Shown here: piece after piece, positions 9,943-20,369 of the stretch
Layout: the number at the start of each line of letters is the position of its first letter
How positions within the stretch are numbered: the first letter of the stretch is position 1
Assembly (NCBI GenBank): GCA_022394755.1
Contig: JAGFCA010000028.1
Span: 3,237-67,236 of the forward strand
DNA from: Candidatus Poribacteria bacterium
GTDB lineage: Bacteria > Poribacteria > WGA-4E > WGA-3G
DNA: 64,000 bases
Direction: 5' to 3'
Translations under genes and position numbers: made by a program
The notes under the pieces: generated by a model
What the model saw: only the letters and a program-made list of their open reading frames with translations
What the model was told of the DNA's origin: nothing
The model's database searches: none

Positions 9943-11193
9943 TTAGTTATCAGATATCCATTTTATACGAGCACCGTCACCCGCATTGCATATATAAATC
10001 TGTGGTTCAATGCCAGTGTGTTTAGGATACTCATTATTAACCTTGTTTTGAAATTCATCTACTCTGTCTTGATAGACCAAATTAACAGTGCATCCGCCGA
10101 ATCCTGCTCCTGTCATACGCGCTCCAAAAACACCTTCAGTATTTTTTGCAATCTCAGTCAACAGATCTAACTCATCACAACTTACTTCGTAATCATCCCG
10201 TAACCCTTCGTGAGAAGCATTCATCAAAGTTCCGAAAGTTTCAACATCATTAGTTTTAAGCGCTGAAACGGCTTTCAGAACACGAGTGTTTTCCTCAACA
10301 ACATAACTACACCTCTTTTGTGTAATTTCAGGTAGTTTGTCTTCATATTTTTTAAAATCTTCTACGGAAATATCTCGAAGTGATGTAATAGAAGGCAGCC
10401 ATTGTTGTATTATCTTTACCCCATTTTCACATTCGGACCGTCGTTTATTGTATTCAGATGCAGCAAGTTCCCGTTTGACGTTTGTGTTGCAAATTACAAT
10501 CAGAATATCTGTTAAATTAAGTGGAATGTGTTCGTAATCCAGTGACCGGCAATCTAAAAACAGGGCATGATCCGCTTTACCTAATAATGATATAGTTGGA
10601 TCCATAATACCGCAGTTAACACCCGCGAATTCGTTTTCTGCACGTTGACATATTGAGGCTACTTCAAGCGGAGAACATTCAAGCACTTGAATACCGTTAT
10701 TTGTATTAACACTTGAATGTGGGATTTCTAAACCACACCCCCCTAAAAATGCTAACGTACTTGCCACCTCAAGTGCAGCGGAGGAACTCAATCCTGCACC
10801 AATTGGTACATTCCCTGTAATGACAGCCGTAATTCCATTCAGTGTGTGTTCACTTCCCTGGAGCACCTGTTCTTGTAAGAAATGGGCGACCCCCTTCAGA
10901 TAATTGCTCCAAGGTGGTGTATTTGACTCACGAATAGAGTCCAAATTAAAAACACATTCTTCTTCTACGTCTAATGCGTAAAGATGCACTTCCCTATCAG
11001 ATCTTTGGGAGGCTGCAATATGAAGGTATTTATCAATTGCAACAGGAAATACAAACCCATCATTATAATCGGTATGTTCACCAATTAGGTTTACTCTTCC
11101 TGGTGCAGAAACCATGAATTCTGGTGTATGTCCAAAACATTGATTAAAATCTTGTATCAATCTATTGGTAAAAATAGATTCATCCTGTATCAT
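9943..11193 (-). CDS. galK: Galactokinase
   Basis: APGRVNLIGEHTDYNDGFV, GAGLSSSAA, CGIMD and GARMTGAGFGGC; SD GAGG before ATG at 11193. Confidence 0.95.
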   Translation of the reverse strand: MIQDESIFTNRLIQDFNQCFGHTPEFMVSAPGRVNLIGEHTDYNDGFVFPVAIDKYLHIAASQRSDREVHLYALDVEEECVFNLDSIRESNTPPWSNYLKGVAHFLQEQVLQGSEHTLNGITAVITGNVPIGAGLSSSAALEVASTLAFLGGCGLEIPHSSVNTNNGIQVLECSPLEVASICQRAENEFAGVNCGIMDPTISLLGKADHALFLDCRSLDYEHIPLNLTDILIVICNTNVKRELAASEYNKRRSECENGVKIIQQWLPSITSLRDISVEDFKKYEDKLPEITQKRCSYVVEENTRVLKAVSALKTNDVETFGTLMNASHEGLRDDYEVSCDELDLLTEIAKNTEGVFGARMTGAGFGGCTVNLVYQDRVDEFQNKVNNEYPKHTGIEPQIYICNAGDGARIKWISDN

Positions 11194-11243
11194 TCGATTC
11201 CTCGTTGTATGCCTTTGTGTGTATGATGAGACAATAGACTTAG

Positions 11244-12008
11244 TCAATTAGATGCGGAAGATGAAAAAAACTTCAAAAAACGTGCTATCACCATGTGCAA
11301 GTCTGACCGAGGAACATAGGTATCCACAGAAATATCTGGCATATTTTGGTTGATATCACGATTTTTTTCAGGTAGGAGTTGTTCTTCAGGCGCATGTAAA
11401 GCAGGCTGGGGATGAGTCCGCGCTGTATTATCTAATTCAGAGGTGCATTCTGCGATGACAATTTCACCGACTGGGAGATGTGACCTCAACTGTCCATTTC
11501 CTGTTTCGGTCAAAACTGTTATATATGGGAGCGATTTATCTGATAATTTCTCTAATTGTAGGAGTAATGGAACAATATCAGGAAAAGAGAGTTTTGATTC
11601 AACAGGATTAGCAGTAAAAACAGAGAGTAATGGAATAGATTTATCTAATGCGGTTAAAATTGCTTCAGAAAACGATTTAATATGGCGTTTTTCCAAAATT
11701 GATTCGTGTTGAAGAATAAATAGACTAACGGAATGTCCACCAATATTCTCCTCAATAGCAAGTACATCGTTGGTGAAATCTTCTGGTGTGTTATCCTCGT
11801 TAATAAACTCTTCTTCATCAGTAGGTTGTATATCTAATAGGAGATTGTGTCTATTTTCAAGCGACAATGGAAACAATTCCTTACACTTTGGACAGATAAA
11901 ACCGTTACGTTTTAATTCTCCTCTGAAAGAAACTTCACTACATTGTGTACATTTATGCCATAAACTGATGTTTTCCTCGGTAATATCGTTATTTCTTATG
12001 TGTTCCAT
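11244..12008 (-). CDS. Degenerate AccD-like protein (C4 zinc ribbon retained, carboxyltransferase motifs lost)
   Basis: WHKCTQC..ELKRNGFICPKC..LSLENR..LLD matches the AccD N-terminus; no GGSMG/SGGARMQEG/GGVTAS motifs. Confidence 0.7.
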   Translation of the reverse strand: MEHIRNNDITEENISLWHKCTQCSEVSFRGELKRNGFICPKCKELFPLSLENRHNLLLDIQPTDEEEFINEDNTPEDFTNDVLAIEENIGGHSVSLFILQHESILEKRHIKSFSEAILTALDKSIPLLSVFTANPVESKLSFPDIVPLLLQLEKLSDKSLPYITVLTETGNGQLRSHLPVGEIVIAECTSELDNTARTHPQPALHAPEEQLLPEKNRDINQNMPDISVDTYVPRSDLHMVIARFLKFFSSSASN

Positions 12009-12063
12009 AGTGGATCCAATCTATCGGTAAAGCAACAATTATCTACATATTCATATATAGGTG

Positions 12064-12408
12064 TTATTGAAAACTTGCTATTGCTTCAGCCTCTGTATCA
12101 TATCTATCAAAAATTGTTACAAGTTTAGCCATTATAATGAGACTTCTGATGTTGCCACCGATATTAAGTAGCACAACTCTTCCATCATTACGTCGTATAG
12201 AGGCGTATGCGGCTACAATGACACCTAATCCTGAACTATCCATCATCTGTACACGTTCCATATTTAAAATCATGGACACAGGTTCACCTTCAGCAACACG
12301 TATTTGATCATCTATTATGTTTTTTAGTTCTACAGTATTGGGACCTACAAGATTCCCTTCAATATCCAATATAATAACATTACCCTTAATTCTTTGATTA
12401 ATCTTCAT
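12064..12408 (-). CDS. STAS anti-sigma-factor antagonist (RsbV/SpoIIAA-like)
   Basis: LNMERVQMMDSSGLGVIV motif; 114 aa. Confidence 0.9.
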   Translation of the reverse strand: MKINQRIKGNVIILDIEGNLVGPNTVELKNIIDDQIRVAEGEPVSMILNMERVQMMDSSGLGVIVAAYASIRRNDGRVVLLNIGGNIRSLIIMAKLVTIFDRYDTEAEAIASFQ

Positions 12409-12542
12409 AAAACTTCCTTTCTCTTACATATTTCTTGGCAGGGGCAATCGTACCGACAGATGGATGAATGTAGTTGTCAAGCAAAATACATGCTATAAAG
12501 ATAGGTCCATAGACGTAAAGCAAACCGTGTATGAGTAAAACT

Positions 12543-12968
12543 TTAATTGTCGGTTTGTCTATATTTCACCATCTTGACAACGGTACCGTCTGCCTCGTAA
12601 CCTACCTCATCCATGTAGGCTTCCATAAGAAAAAGGCCTCTCCCACTGCTTTTGAGTAGGTTTTCTGGTTCAAGTGGATTTGCGACATCTTCGCGTTGAA
12701 ACCCTGAGCCTTCATCTGTTATGATAATCGTAAGTTGGCTATCGTCAATAAGGAATTCAAATGTTGCTGTCTTATCCACATCTTCCTTATTACCGTGCTT
12801 GATTGCATTTGTCCCTGCTTCAATAACAGCTAAATTTACATGCTCTTGCGTTTCCTCATCAAACTTCATCTCTCTAAGTAAGTCGGTGATGACAGTGTCG
12901 AGTAAATAAATTAGATGCATTGTGCTTGGGAGAGAAAGTAATATTCTCCATTGAGTTTTCTCGCCCAC
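12543..12968 (-). CDS. RsbW-like anti-sigma factor / Ser kinase
   Basis: LAVIEAGTNAIKHGN, DEGSGF, SGRGLFLM..MDEV; GTG start with GGAG SD. Confidence 0.9.
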   Translation of the reverse strand: MGEKTQWRILLSLPSTMHLIYLLDTVITDLLREMKFDEETQEHVNLAVIEAGTNAIKHGNKEDVDKTATFEFLIDDSQLTIIITDEGSGFQREDVANPLEPENLLKSSGRGLFLMEAYMDEVGYEADGTVVKMVKYRQTDN

Positions 12969-13065
12969 GTGTTAGGCTCCTTCCAGATGTTAATAATTCA
13001 ATTTAGATTATACCATAGTAAATACGTCTTACTGTATACTAATATGCTATTTGTAACAATTCTAC

Positions 13066-14307
13066 CTATTCTTCAATTCGCTTAATTACAACTACAGCGC
13101 GATCATCCTTGAGTTGTGTGGTACCGCTATATTCCATTAAATCGGTTTGGAGAGCATCACATAGCCCTTCAGCAGAGCAATTAAGTTTTTCTGACATACG
13201 CTCAATCAGCCGTTCTTCACCATAAAATTCATTTGGGGTTTTCCCTTCTGTTTCAGTCACACCATCTGTATAAAGCATCAAGACATCGCCATGGGATAAT
13301 TGACAAGTTGCCGACGAAAATGTGGCAATATCAAACGCACCTATCAACATCCCACCGGTATTGAGTAAATCTACTTGATACCTATCTTTTGAAGATTCAT
13401 CATTATTGTTTGTACCGTTGATAAAATGAATCGGTGGACAATGTCCTCCATTTGAATATGTAAAAGCACCTGTTCGTATATCTAATATACCGTATACCAT
13501 TGTTGCAAATTGTTCAAGATCGGTATTATGAAAAAGTAATGTGTTAATCCGTTTCAAAATTGTCGCTGGACTATCTGCCTCATTACTAAGTAAACGTGAT
13601 GCCGTCTGAATCATAACCATGAGCAGTGCAGCAGGAATTCCATGCCCTTTCACGTCCCCCAATACCACACCAAGGCGAGACTCTCCAAGCGGAATAAAAT
13701 CATAAAAGTCACCGGAAACAGAGGTAGAACTTCGAAACATTGTAGCAAAGTCATATCCTGGAATCGTTGGTGGTTTTTCCGGTAGCAGTCTCTCTTGTAT
13801 TTCTGCAGCTGCTTGCAGATGAGATCCGAGTTCAGCGACCCCTGCTTCTGTAAATCCTTCCCCCATAGCATTAATCAAAGGGTTAATATACTTTACAGGA
13901 CGGGTTCGACCTAAAACAGTGTTAATTCTTGCGGTCACCTCACGTAAATCAAACGGTTTTGTAATATAATCATCGCCACCAAGTTCTAATCCAACCAATT
14001 TGTCTTCGGTCTGTGTACGGGCAGTTATCCATAAAACGGGAATTGAATTTGTCTCATTATCTTCTTTTAACTTCCCGATAACCTCTAAACCGTCCATTTG
14101 TGGCATCATGACATCAAGCAATATCAGATCTGGTTGGTCATCTTTTGCAAGTTGGAGACCGGTTAGCCCATTATTAGCAGTAATGACTTGGAATCCATCT
14201 GATGTTAAACTTATTTTCAGGAGTTCAAGTATATCAGTATCATCATCAATTACTAAGATGGTTTCATTTGTTGATGCTTCTTCAGATTGGAAAATAGTTT
14301 CTGCCAT
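13066..14307 (-). CDS. Response regulator-PP2C (SpoIIE/RsbU-type) phosphatase
   Basis: REC domain (IDDD, LLDVMMPQMDG, KPF) plus SGDFYDF, GDVKGHGIPAAL, YTDGVTE and DD motifs. Confidence 0.92.
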   Translation of the reverse strand: MAETIFQSEEASTNETILVIDDDTDILELLKISLTSDGFQVITANNGLTGLQLAKDDQPDLILLDVMMPQMDGLEVIGKLKEDNETNSIPVLWITARTQTEDKLVGLELGGDDYITKPFDLREVTARINTVLGRTRPVKYINPLINAMGEGFTEAGVAELGSHLQAAAEIQERLLPEKPPTIPGYDFATMFRSSTSVSGDFYDFIPLGESRLGVVLGDVKGHGIPAALLMVMIQTASRLLSNEADSPATILKRINTLLFHNTDLEQFATMVYGILDIRTGAFTYSNGGHCPPIHFINGTNNNDESSKDRYQVDLLNTGGMLIGAFDIATFSSATCQLSHGDVLMLYTDGVTETEGKTPNEFYGEERLIERMSEKLNCSAEGLCDALQTDLMEYSGTTQLKDDRAVVVIKRIEE

Positions 14308-14637
14308 ATTTCTTCTTATTATTTATAAATTTATTGTTATTAATTCATACCTATAGTTGGACAGTTTTTAGCAATACACATTTCTGTTGTCAAAATATAT
14401 TATTTTCGGAGTTGGATTAGAGTGAAAAATCTGTCAAAAACCAGAAACACTTTGATAATTGGTATGTACCATCAGAAAACTACCCGGTTATACTAACTCA
14501 TTGAACAGCAACATAAGTGTCAATTTTAGCATTAGGACAACCTTGTGGAACCACATCCAATTCGGTTAGAAACCGAATCCTACCATTTGGAAATTTCGAT
14601 TTAATGTTTCGTAAGACATAGAAGCATTTGAATTCAT

Positions 14638-17142
14638 CTAAGATAAAAACGGAATCCAGAATTGAAAGTTGCATCCCATATTATTTTTTCCAGTATCAAC
14701 CCAAATTTTCCCTTTATGCGCCTCAACAAATCCTTGTGCGATGGAAAGCCCTAAACCACTCCCTCCTTGTTCCCGAGTCTGTATATTACTCAGTTGTCGA
14801 AATTTATCAAAAACGGATTCTCTCTCTTGTTCTGGTATACCTGGTCCGGTATCTATTACTTCAACATGGATACCATCCTGATCATCAATATTTTCTGATA
14901 TTACTTCATCATGGGGGTATCCTTTACGAGAAATTTTTACATCTACTTCACCGTTTTCAGGTGTGAATTTAATTGCGTTTCCAACCAGATTTGTGAGAAT
15001 TTGTCCAATATATTCTGCATCGCCGCTGGGTTGAGGTAATTCGGATTCAATATTTAGATCTAACTTGACAGTTTTTTCATCTGCTTGTGGTTTTAGTTCT
15101 TCAACCCGTTGCTCAGCTATCTCACCGATGTTTACAGGTTCAAGTTTCATAACAATTCGTCCCGCTTCAATGCGAGAAATATCAAGAAGATCATTAATCA
15201 TTGTAGCAAGTCTTTTAGATTGTCGATGCGCGCGGGTTAAGCTCTGTTGTTGCACATCGTTTAAAGGTCCGGCTTTACCATCAAGTATAAGTGAAATAAA
15301 TCCTATTATTGATGTTAAGGGGGTACGTAATTCATGAGAAACAAGAGCGACAAAATCAGATTTCATTTTATCAATCTCATGTTCACGTGTTATGTCGTCA
15401 AACACATAAATCATTCCCGCCATATTTGGGTTTTCAGTAGATGTATCTTCTGTATTGGTAGCAACACTGGTAGAAGCGTATTGACTGGATACAACCCTAA
15501 GTATCCGATTTTCCCCCTCTTTATCTAAATTTATCTCTACAGTAGCGCGTGTATCCTGAGCTTGAGCATTCTCCAATACAGTTAGATTAGTTGCTCGTAG
15601 CAATTCTGTAAACCGATTTGGAAATTGTGATGTCTCGTCAAAGTTTAACAGGTATTTTGCTGCTGGATTGAAGTATAGTATTTGATCAGATGTATTTACG
15701 ACAATCAGACCTTCCCCGAGACAATCGACAATGGTAGTCATCTGTTCTTCAGCATTAATAAGTTTGTCGACAGCGATTTTCAGACTATGATGCATGTCGT
15801 TGAATTCTTGTGCGAGCATGCCGACTTCGTTTCGACTATCCACAGAGATCACATCCTGATCTTCATCTTGGTACCATTGCATCTTTGCTATCTGTTGACG
15901 AATTTGATTTGATTCCTGTTGAATCACATCTTTAGCTTCTTGTCCAATTCGTTTTGCAGTTTGTGTAAGTTGCATAACAGGTTGTGTGATGCGTTGTGCC
16001 ACCATATAAGCAATTGGAATAACAATCACACAGGAAGCAAGTGTAACCCATAAGACATACTGATTAAGTTTAACAACTCCAGCAAAGGCTTGTGATGTAG
16101 GGTATGAAACAAAGACAATCCAGTTTGCGAAATTTTGATCATTTTTCCAAGGTTGTCGTCTTGAGGGTCGTGTTCTTGCCCATCCATATACGCGTGATTC
16201 AAAGTTCCGATCTTCTTCACCTTCTGCTTCATATCCATAAAAATCGCCATTTCTCCCTTTTTTTGCCTCAATAATTGCTCTTGCCGTAGCATTTTCTATT
16301 TGCATCTGATCATTAGCTTTATAATTACTCTCTGCTGAAGCGGCAATGATTCTTCCAGATTGACTTGTGAGGATAGTGTATGTCTTTTCCATTTGTGGTC
16401 GTAATTCAACTATATTTGCAAGTTCTCTTAAGTTTAGAACGACCCTAAGTACACCGACAGTTTTTCTTTCTTCTATAGGTGTTCTTATATTTCCTGTACG
16501 TATTGGTAATGCAGCTGAAATGAAATGCACATTCTGGGTCTCATCATATTCCACATCCTCAATATACTGATAACCTCTATTATTGCTAAATGCTCTATTC
16601 CACCAATTTTGATCCGCAACATTAGAGAGTATATTATTTTTGTGATTATCTTCAAACGTTCTATTATTAGAACATAGAACATCACCTTTGGAATTTGTGA
16701 TAGTCACTTCGCTTCTATTAGCGCGTCTAAATCCGCGTCTTCTATATCCACTCCCGGCATAAGATTCAAACAACCGTACACTATCTTCTAAACGCTGCCA
16801 CGCATCTGCAAAAACCTGTATATCCCCTTTTGCATTATTAGATTCTGTTACCACGGATCTAATATTCGGTAATTCTGTATATATTTTTCCTATTTTATCG
16901 GATATTGCGCGGTCAATACGGAACAGTTTTTCTTGTGCTAACTGAACTAAACCTTCTCCAACGCTACTTTTCAAGGTACTTGTACCAAGATATTTAATTG
17001 TTAATGATACCACTAACAGTGGTGTAAGTGATACGAGTAGAAACAAAACAACCTGTTGTCCGCGCAGCCCTATCTTAAACCGTGCAAGCTTCCCAGGTTT
17101 TTCGTTTTTCATTGATACTCTCCTATAATCTATACCATACAC
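14638..17142 (-). CDS. Membrane sensor histidine kinase (periplasmic sensor-HAMP-PAS-HisKA-HATPase)
   Basis: Two TMs, HAMP (NEVGMLAQEFNDM), VSHELRTPLTSI, NLVGNAIKFT, DTGPGI and GSGLGL. Confidence 0.92.
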   Translation of the reverse strand: MYGIDYRRVSMKNEKPGKLARFKIGLRGQQVVLFLLVSLTPLLVVSLTIKYLGTSTLKSSVGEGLVQLAQEKLFRIDRAISDKIGKIYTELPNIRSVVTESNNAKGDIQVFADAWQRLEDSVRLFESYAGSGYRRRGFRRANRSEVTITNSKGDVLCSNNRTFEDNHKNNILSNVADQNWWNRAFSNNRGYQYIEDVEYDETQNVHFISAALPIRTGNIRTPIEERKTVGVLRVVLNLRELANIVELRPQMEKTYTILTSQSGRIIAASAESNYKANDQMQIENATARAIIEAKKGRNGDFYGYEAEGEEDRNFESRVYGWARTRPSRRQPWKNDQNFANWIVFVSYPTSQAFAGVVKLNQYVLWVTLASCVIVIPIAYMVAQRITQPVMQLTQTAKRIGQEAKDVIQQESNQIRQQIAKMQWYQDEDQDVISVDSRNEVGMLAQEFNDMHHSLKIAVDKLINAEEQMTTIVDCLGEGLIVVNTSDQILYFNPAAKYLLNFDETSQFPNRFTELLRATNLTVLENAQAQDTRATVEINLDKEGENRILRVVSSQYASTSVATNTEDTSTENPNMAGMIYVFDDITREHEIDKMKSDFVALVSHELRTPLTSIIGFISLILDGKAGPLNDVQQQSLTRAHRQSKRLATMINDLLDISRIEAGRIVMKLEPVNIGEIAEQRVEELKPQADEKTVKLDLNIESELPQPSGDAEYIGQILTNLVGNAIKFTPENGEVDVKISRKGYPHDEVISENIDDQDGIHVEVIDTGPGIPEQERESVFDKFRQLSNIQTREQGGSGLGLSIAQGFVEAHKGKIWVDTGKNNMGCNFQFWIPFLS

Positions 17143-17189
17143 ATCCTGGCAGAACTCAGATTACAATCTTAAATATTTGCAATCCTATC

Positions 17190-17549
17190 CTATGTAAATG
17201 CGTTGAGAGCAGCTTCTTTTGTATCGTATACCTCTAAAATCGACGTAAGACGCGTAATTTCAAGTATACTGCTAACAGCTTGCTGCGGACTCAGCAGTAC
17301 CAATTTTCCTTCCGATCTTTGTAAGATTTGCCATGTAATAATTATAACACCAAGTGCAGTACTGTCAAGCAATGGAACATTCGTTAGATCAATGATCAGG
17401 TTTACATTCCCAATTTCCATTTGTTGGTGAAGTGCCTGACGAAATTCTACAACAGTGTTTCCAATTATTTTTCCATTTACTTGGACAATGGCAGTATTTT
17501 GAGCATCAGTCGTGATATCAATCATTCCATAAAACTCCTTCAGTAGCAA
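17190..17549 (-). CDS. Second STAS anti-sigma antagonist
   Basis: IDLTNVPLLDSTALGVII..LLSPQ..ILEITRL. Confidence 0.88.
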   Translation of the reverse strand: MLLKEFYGMIDITTDAQNTAIVQVNGKIIGNTVVEFRQALHQQMEIGNVNLIIDLTNVPLLDSTALGVIIITWQILQRSEGKLVLLSPQQAVSSILEITRLTSILEVYDTKEAALNAFT

Positions 17550-17604
17550 ACTGCTTTGGTACTTAATACATAACTATAAAGTGGAACTACGATATATACA
17601 AAGT

Positions 17605-18273
17605 TTATATCCTATTATCAAGCCTTCGAATAATAATGTATGAACGATTTAATAGTGCAATACGGCTATCATGGATACTTTCAATTTTTCCGAAATGTTC
17701 CTTCAGTGCAGATTCGCTTTCCTGAATCTCGACATCTTTTTCCTTAGATTTATACGCAACCCATCTACCAGTTTCATTAAGTAGAGGCAAACAGTATCTT
17801 ACTGACTTCGCTAAAGAAGCAACGTATCGTGTCATAACCCAGTCATATGCGTTTTTATATGTATCAGTTTCAGCACAGATTTCCGCTCTTTCTGCCACAA
17901 CCTGTATCGATGAATCAATCCCCAATTGAGATGTCAGATATTTAAGGAATGCCACCTTCTTATATGAAGCTTCAACAAGCGTCAATTGGATATTGGGAAT
18001 ATATATTTTAAGTACAATCCCTGGAAATCCAGCACCAGTCCCTATATCTACAAGCTTATGTCCTTCCTTAACTGAGCAATGTTCAAGAACACTAACAGAA
18101 TCGAGGAAATGCTTATAAATCACATCTGTGTCTTCATTAATTGCGGTGAGATTTATATGGTGATTCCATTGTCTTAATTCGACACTATACAAAACCAATT
18201 GTTCGATCTGTTTTGATGTCAATGGAAACCCATGATTATCAAACACCTGTTCTAATTTTTGATGGATTTGCAC
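17605..18273 (-). CDS. rsmG: 16S rRNA m7G527 methyltransferase
   Basis: WNHHINLTAI, HFLDS and DIGTGAGFPG; lies downstream of mnmG. Confidence 0.95.
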   Translation of the reverse strand: MQIHQKLEQVFDNHGFPLTSKQIEQLVLYSVELRQWNHHINLTAINEDTDVIYKHFLDSVSVLEHCSVKEGHKLVDIGTGAGFPGIVLKIYIPNIQLTLVEASYKKVAFLKYLTSQLGIDSSIQVVAERAEICAETDTYKNAYDWVMTRYVASLAKSVRYCLPLLNETGRWVAYKSKEKDVEIQESESALKEHFGKIESIHDSRIALLNRSYIIIRRLDNRI

Positions 18274-18343
18274 TCCTCTGTTCCTGTTATGAATAATCTT
18301 TAAATCTGTACCGTAAATACCTCAGGTAGACATGTTTTGATAT

Positions 18344-20209
18344 TTACTGATGTAACATAACCATTAATATTGATATATCCGCAGGTGACACTCCGGGCAG
18401 ACGCGAGGCTTGACCAATTGAAGCTGGACGTATTTTTTCGAGTTTTTCCCGTGCTTCTGTCTTGAGTCCTCGTACATCAGAATAACTGAAGGTATCTGGT
18501 ATTCTAAGATTCTCTAATCTCTTGAACTGATGAATTTGACGTTGTTGCCGTTGGATATACCCATCGTATTTAATCTGAATTTCTACCTGTTCTTTAACCG
18601 CGTGGGGTAATTCTTCTGGTGGTGGCACGAGTCCAATTATGTGCTCATAACGGAGTTCAGGACGTTTGAGCAAATCTGCTAATAACGTAGGTTGTTTTAA
18701 CTCACCTGTCTCAACGATAGTTGCTAATCTATCAACAGTAGATGCATTCGGGACTAATCGTGTTTCGTCCAAACGTTTTAGTTCTGATTCTATAGATGAT
18801 GCTTTCTTCTTGAATTTATCATATACCTCATCTTTAACAAGTCCAATTTTCCTACCTATTTCGGTCAGACGTAGATCAGCATTATCTTCTCGTAATGCTA
18901 ATCGGTATTCCGCGCGTGATGTGAACATTCGGTATGGTTCTCGTATATCTAAACTGACAAGATCATCAATAAGTACAGCAATATAGGCTTGAGATCTATC
19001 AAGGATAAGTGGATTCTCCCCTTGTACCTTTAATGCAGCATTAATGCCTGCCATGAGCCCTTGTGCAGCAGCTTCTTCATATCCCGTTGTTCCGTTGAGT
19101 TGACCTGCGAAATAGAGACCTGGTACAGACTTGGTTTCGAGAGTTGGTTGAAGTTGTGTTGCAGGGGCAAAGTCATACTCAACGGCATAGCCGAAGCGCA
19201 TAATTTCAGCATCCTCTAATCCCTTGATACTGTGTACCATATCTACTTGAACATCTTCAGGTAAACTGGCAGAAATCCCATTTAAATAAATCTCATCTGT
19301 ATCCAATCCTTCTGGCTCAACAAATACCTGATGTTCCGTTTTTTCAGCAAAACGTACAACTTTATCTTCAATTGACGGGCAGTAACGGGGTCCAATTCCA
19401 ACAATACGACCGCTATACATTGCGGAACGATGTAGGTTTTCTTTGATTACTTCATGAGTTTTTTCATTTGTGTAGGTAAGATAACATGGTAGTTGTGGTT
19501 GCGTGATCTCTTCAGTAGAAAATGAGAAGGGTAATGGATCCTCGTCTCCAGGTTGGATTTCCATTTGATCTGTGTCAATAGTATGTGCGTTGACACGTGG
19601 AGGTGTACCTGTTTTTAGCCTTCCAATTTCAAAACCGAGGTTCAGGAAACTTTCCGAGAGTTTTTCTGCGGAAGATTCTCCAGCCCTACCGGCACTATAG
19701 GAGACATCCCCTATATGTATAAGCCCTCTGAGGAAAGTGCCTGTTGTGAGAATAACGGTTTCAGCCAGATATGCTGTTTGTGTTTGGCTCTTAATACCAA
19801 TACACTTCTCACCTTCGGTTAGCAGTTCTTCTACTAATACCTGTTTGATGTCGAGTTTATCTTGTTGTTCCAAAACACGTTTCATTTCATCTTGATACGC
19901 TTTTTTGTCTGCTTGTGCCCGACTTGAGCGAACAGCGGGACCTTTTTTTGTGTTTAAACGACGGAATTGTATACCGGTCTTGTCAATATTTTTTGCCATC
20001 TCACCACCGAGTGCATCAATCTCTTTGACAAGGTGTCCCTTCGCCAACCCACCTATAGCAGGATTGCAAGACATTTTAGCAATAGTATCCAAATTTATTG
20101 TAACTATGAGTGTATCACACCCCATACGTGCCGCAGCGAGTGCAGCTTCACAGCCTGCATGACCTGCTCCAACAACAATGACATCGTATTTTTTGTGATA
20201 TGTGTTCAT
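18344..20209 (-). CDS. mnmG: tRNA uridine-5-carboxymethylaminomethyl modification enzyme
   Basis: VVGAGHAGCEAA, MSCNPAIGGLAKG, GPRYCPSIEDK and GTTGYEEAAAQG. Confidence 0.98.
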   Translation of the reverse strand: MNTYHKKYDVIVVGAGHAGCEAALAAARMGCDTLIVTINLDTIAKMSCNPAIGGLAKGHLVKEIDALGGEMAKNIDKTGIQFRRLNTKKGPAVRSSRAQADKKAYQDEMKRVLEQQDKLDIKQVLVEELLTEGEKCIGIKSQTQTAYLAETVILTTGTFLRGLIHIGDVSYSAGRAGESSAEKLSESFLNLGFEIGRLKTGTPPRVNAHTIDTDQMEIQPGDEDPLPFSFSTEEITQPQLPCYLTYTNEKTHEVIKENLHRSAMYSGRIVGIGPRYCPSIEDKVVRFAEKTEHQVFVEPEGLDTDEIYLNGISASLPEDVQVDMVHSIKGLEDAEIMRFGYAVEYDFAPATQLQPTLETKSVPGLYFAGQLNGTTGYEEAAAQGLMAGINAALKVQGENPLILDRSQAYIAVLIDDLVSLDIREPYRMFTSRAEYRLALREDNADLRLTEIGRKIGLVKDEVYDKFKKKASSIESELKRLDETRLVPNASTVDRLATIVETGELKQPTLLADLLKRPELRYEHIIGLVPPPEELPHAVKEQVEIQIKYDGYIQRQQRQIHQFKRLENLRIPDTFSYSDVRGLKTEAREKLEKIRPASIGQASRLPGVSPADISILMVMLHQ

Positions 20210-20369
20210 CTGTTCCTTCTATCTGTTTTAATTAATGCTTATACTGTAACATTTTCAATGATAATTTTCAGCATAGTTGCCAGAACCTACTATCTGTTTA
20301 TCAAAAGGACTTAAGAGGAAGTGTATCCGTCCTGATTTAATTAGCTTGTAAAGCAGTGCGTTGATGTCG

